A stretch of 64,000 nt of DNA from Macrostomum lignano (taxonomy: Eukaryota). The notes beneath the pieces are model-generated. The model did no database searches and was not told where the DNA came from. It worked only from the letters and a program-made list of their open reading frames with translations. The position numbers and the translations under genes are program-made. The DNA lies in contig NIVC01000629.1 in assembly GCA_002269645.1 (NCBI GenBank), positions 186,001-250,000 of the forward strand. Direction: 5' to 3'. Shown here piece after piece: positions 60,541 to 64,000 of this stretch. Numbering within the stretch: position 1 is the stretch's first letter; every line of letters starts with the position of its first letter.

Positions 60541-62299
60541 GAACGTGCACCATATAGTTAATTAACTATTAGTTATAAATTTGTACTAATTAACTGTCAC
60601 TTAAACCTGCTACGAGTACACTGCAAGCACTACAGCGTTAATTATTGCTGTGATGGGTTTCGGCCTTTTCGGCCCCTTTCGGGAAGCCTTCGGGCCTCAG
60701 GTCTCAGAAATAAATCAATTAGAGTCCTGGCCCCCACTCCTGTCAGATGGTCAGCCCCATGGTAGCTTGATCTGTGGCGAGCAGTCTAGGTCCTATAGCT
60801 AAGAGAGCTGGACAGCGAGAGACAAGCAGGGAGAATTTTGAAGGTAGAGATCAGCTAATCCGCAGATTAACTAACCCGCTGCCACCAGCGGCCGTGCGTC
60901 CTGGCTCACCACACCGGGACTGTCGAAATCGGGCTTCCGACTAGAGGGGGCTTAGCACTTACCTGCCAACTAGTGTCTTTTTGCTGTAAATCTCGAAGTC
61001 ATAGCCGATGTTAAGGGACACTGCTGGGACTTGATCGCATTGGCCATGCAGGTACAGAGGGGACTTGTGCAGGGGATTCTTGCAGTGGCGAGCCTATGGG
61101 GTAGTTACATGTACTATTTACATTGCTAAATACGAGGAATTGTACTTTGGGCCTTCAACGCGCCAACCAGCAGCCTCTCCTAGCGCTGATGATAGGCTAA
61201 CTCGAACATCAGAGACCGCATGATTCATTACCCGAGCCGCTTGGCGAATCTAGAGTGCACAGAGTACATCTTTAGCGCCGATTTTGCACTATTGAAACTT
61301 TGCTAACTGATTTGATAGATTGGTCGACTGAGAACTGCCTTGCCATTGGTCCACTGTGACCGGCGCCTACTAGCTTAGCTACTCATCTGAGCCATCGGCG
61401 AACTAAGATATAAAACCAATAAAAATAACTGTGCATGTCAGATTTAACCTTCTCCTTTGATCACTTCACACTTCAGATTGAATTGGAGTTTCAGATTACT
61501 AACAGTATTATTGAATGATTTCTGCCTCAATAACAGCACTACTGAACAAAATGAGCAAAGTGTGCGCCTAATCCAGCTACTGAAATAGGGGACAGATAAG
61601 GGATCACCCAATCAAGCAAATCTAGGTAGCCTCTCACCCAACCAATCAGAATCTCAGCAGCCGGAGACCAGGTAATCCACAGTGACCGAATCGGCTTAGT
61701 GCTTCGCAGCTGTAGACCTGGGATGATGCTGTCACAGTCTTCGCAGATAGCTAGCAGGTGATGATCTTAATCTTGATGTTCGCTGCTGACGACCGGGGGA
61801 ATTCGTCCTTGATGATGACAGGAGAGTCGCGATCCGGGGATCAAGAGACGACGGTCGAGCTCCGGGAGGTCTAAGTTAGGCCAAAGTCCCAGGAGGCGGA
61901 GCAGGAGGTTGAGTCCGAGCGGGCCAAAAACACCGGTTTAAATAGCCGCAAACTGGACCGCAATTTGTTAAAATGGAACACCTCGACGCTGATTGGCTGA
62001 GCCGATTTGTTATAACTCGGCAGGAGAATTCATCGGACTTGTGTGAGTCATCTTCGTCTCTTTGGTCCGCGGCTTCTTCGCGGTGACTTGTTGTTGGATA
62101 ATACGAGTCTATGAGAATTTCCCGCAGGAATTAAGTTTTCCCGCAGAGGTTTGCCCGCGCGAGCTAATTTCCCGCAGTGAGGGTTTCCCGTAGGAAGTTT
62201 TCCCGCGTGATTTTTCCGCAGCGAGGTTTTCCTGACTGAGCGATGGGTCGCGGGATTCTCGCGCTGACGCCGTTAATGTAGATAACGAAAAGCAGGGGT

Positions 62300-62725
62300 G
62301 CTAGAGCTGAAGGGCGCGGCGCAGCGTTCCTCGTCGAAGCTGCTGATTGCAGGCGCACCGCGGCGCGCGATCGTCTCAATAATGTCAGGGGCTGCTGGGT
62401 CGCCTCGCGTGACGACACAGGCCGCTCCGCCTTGGGCGACGCTCTCGCTAGGCGAACCGTCGGAGTAGATGACGGTGTCTGCAGCGTGATGCCGGATAGC
62501 GGCTTCCGCCTGGAGACGACCGGAGCTCGATCGCGGCGTCCGAGTCCGCGGCAACTGAGTGGCGATGTTGATGACGCTTCGGCGGGGACCACGGGCAGTG
62601 CGGGAGCGCCGGCAGCGACTCGCGGGGGCCAGGCTAGGAGTCCCGGCATACTTTTTGTTTATAGCAGCAGCGCTATGCTGCCGCGGGAGGGAGTCACAGT
62701 GCAGAGCCTTGAGGGGACTGGCCAC
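62300..62725 (-). mobile_element. Second LINE RNase H fragment (N-terminal part)
   Basis: TVIYSDGS...GGAACVV...RGAPAISSFDEE matches the first RNase H motifs. Confidence 0.7.
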
Positions 62726-63324
62726 AGACAGACAACACAGACTCGTGCAGCTGTGCTACCAGCGGAAGGCCCTCGGTCAAAGACTGGCTATAATAACACT
62801 GTGATTGTACCATACACTATACCGATAGCTACCGATGCCAAACTGGTGAGCATAAATGTATAATTCCCTTCTAACTTTCATTGTTTACTTTTGAGACAAA
62901 CGCCTTAATTAAAATCTACTGCAAGCCATGCTGTACACCTATATATAACATATTCTCCAGGTGGATCTATCCAGGTGAATCTAGCCACCGCTGGATCTAG
63001 CAGAGCTCGAGCGGGCATTGCATGACCTGGCTGACTGCAGCACTTCGGGCACTGGCCCGATGAGGAATAAAAGTGGCAGATTGTCGCCACATGTAGACTG
63101 CAGACCCTCTGGAAGCTACATGTAACTCTGCTTTCAGCAACAAGCAAGCCGACACAGTAGATTTTGTTGGCATGGAGGACGCCATAAAAGACATCTGAAG
63201 CCAAAGTCTATAAGTAGAAAGTTGCTGAGCTAACTCGCTTTTATAATCTGCTCCAGGCTTTTGGGGAGAAGCTAGTAGTTGATCGTCCATCTGGCCTGAA
63301 AAACGTCACTCGGATCTCCCACTA

Positions 63325-63617
63325 GGGCTGTAGCCCAGTGGTTAGAGCGTCGGACTCATGACTTGAAGATCGGGGTTCGATTCTCGACCTACTTCGTAAC
63401 AATTTGTGTCCTTGAGCAAGACAATTAACTCTGCATATGGCTTCAGCTCACGCAGCTGTAAAATGGGTGCCAGCATTAGCTGGGGGTAATTGGGTGTGGC
63501 GACCCCCCAGTCCTTGGTCTGAACAGCCGTACGCAGCCTTCAGATGCGCCGCGCAATAGCTGCGGCTGAGCTGTCGGTTGCACATCTGCCTATTAGGGCA
63601 GGTGTAATAAATTATTC
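63325..63617 (+). mobile_element. tRNA-derived SINE (younger copy)
   Basis: A-box TAGCCCAGTGG and B-box GGTTCGATTC; body has GTGTCCTTGAGCAAGAC and CAGCTGTAAAATGGG motifs typical of V/CORE-like SINE cores; a second copy lies at 35845-36099. Confidence 0.8.
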
Positions 63618-64000
63618 ATCCTTAAAAAAGACAAATGCCTGTTGATAATACGAAATGGTGCGATAGTGTTCTATGAATACAGCCCTCATCACTGAGATCG
63701 TGCCACTCGTCAGTCGTCATCGTCAAGTCAAATGTGTGCGCAACAGGATTAGCTACGACTTTAAAGTAACATCGGATCCTGCATTACAGAGATAAAAGAA
63801 CAAACCAATTGAATCAGATCACTTCATTTCTAACGTTTTAGGTTGGCAAGGTAAACTTATTAGTTATATGTTAAGCGTTCAATAAGCAACAACAGTTCGG
63901 TGTAGTAAACACGAGAAGTCACAGAAATGCCAGGATAATATTGAAACATTAGTCACGACAATTACACATGCGGTTACATGAATCCCGATTTGCCGAAATT

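Noticed and set aside
60900-61480. Solo LTR (TATAAAA followed by AATAAA, ending TTCACA)
   Set aside because: No TG start with a matching 4-6 bp TSD could be found.
62905-63290. Cys-rich minus-strand ORFs as a RING or zinc-finger exon
   Set aside because: Cys/His spacing does not match a family I can name and the splice sites are ambiguous.
63325-63400. tRNA gene
   Set aside because: A and B boxes are present but the acceptor stem does not close, and the sequence continues into a SINE body that is also present at 35845.

Overview
Eukaryotic (metazoan) genomic DNA, not prokaryotic. GC-rich exons separated by minisatellite-filled introns and an abundant RTE-type LINE suggest a macrostomid flatworm such as Macrostomum lignano (inference, not verified). 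Three spliced protein-coding genes lie on the minus strand: twinfilin (complete, 3 exons, about 341 aa, 49878-57354), a PDZ-containing class-18 myosin (12 in-frame exons, about 1830 aa, 13569-34794, terminal exon unresolved) and the 5' part of TBL1/TBL1XR1 (ebi) (3 exons, 382-3238, continuing beyond the window start). I checked splice sites and phases by hand. The rest is repeats: about 20 distinct intronic minisatellites, three Merlin (ISXO2-like) elements with TIRs and 8-9 bp TSDs (one carrying two nested MITEs), a foldback-like element with a 7-bp TSD, a CACTA-type accessory-gene relic, an RNase H LINE nested in an RTE LINE, and two copies of a tRNA-derived SINE. The most interesting leads are (1) an apparent CpA/TpG-to-TpA mutational signature in intronic TE relics, (2) a candidate internal promoter and alternative first exon giving a headless myosin-18, and (3) the unclassified foldback element. 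Most long ORFs in the supplied track are translations of tandem repeats. No CRISPR array, rRNA or genuine tRNA gene was found, and no finding is established as a new system without the checks listed.
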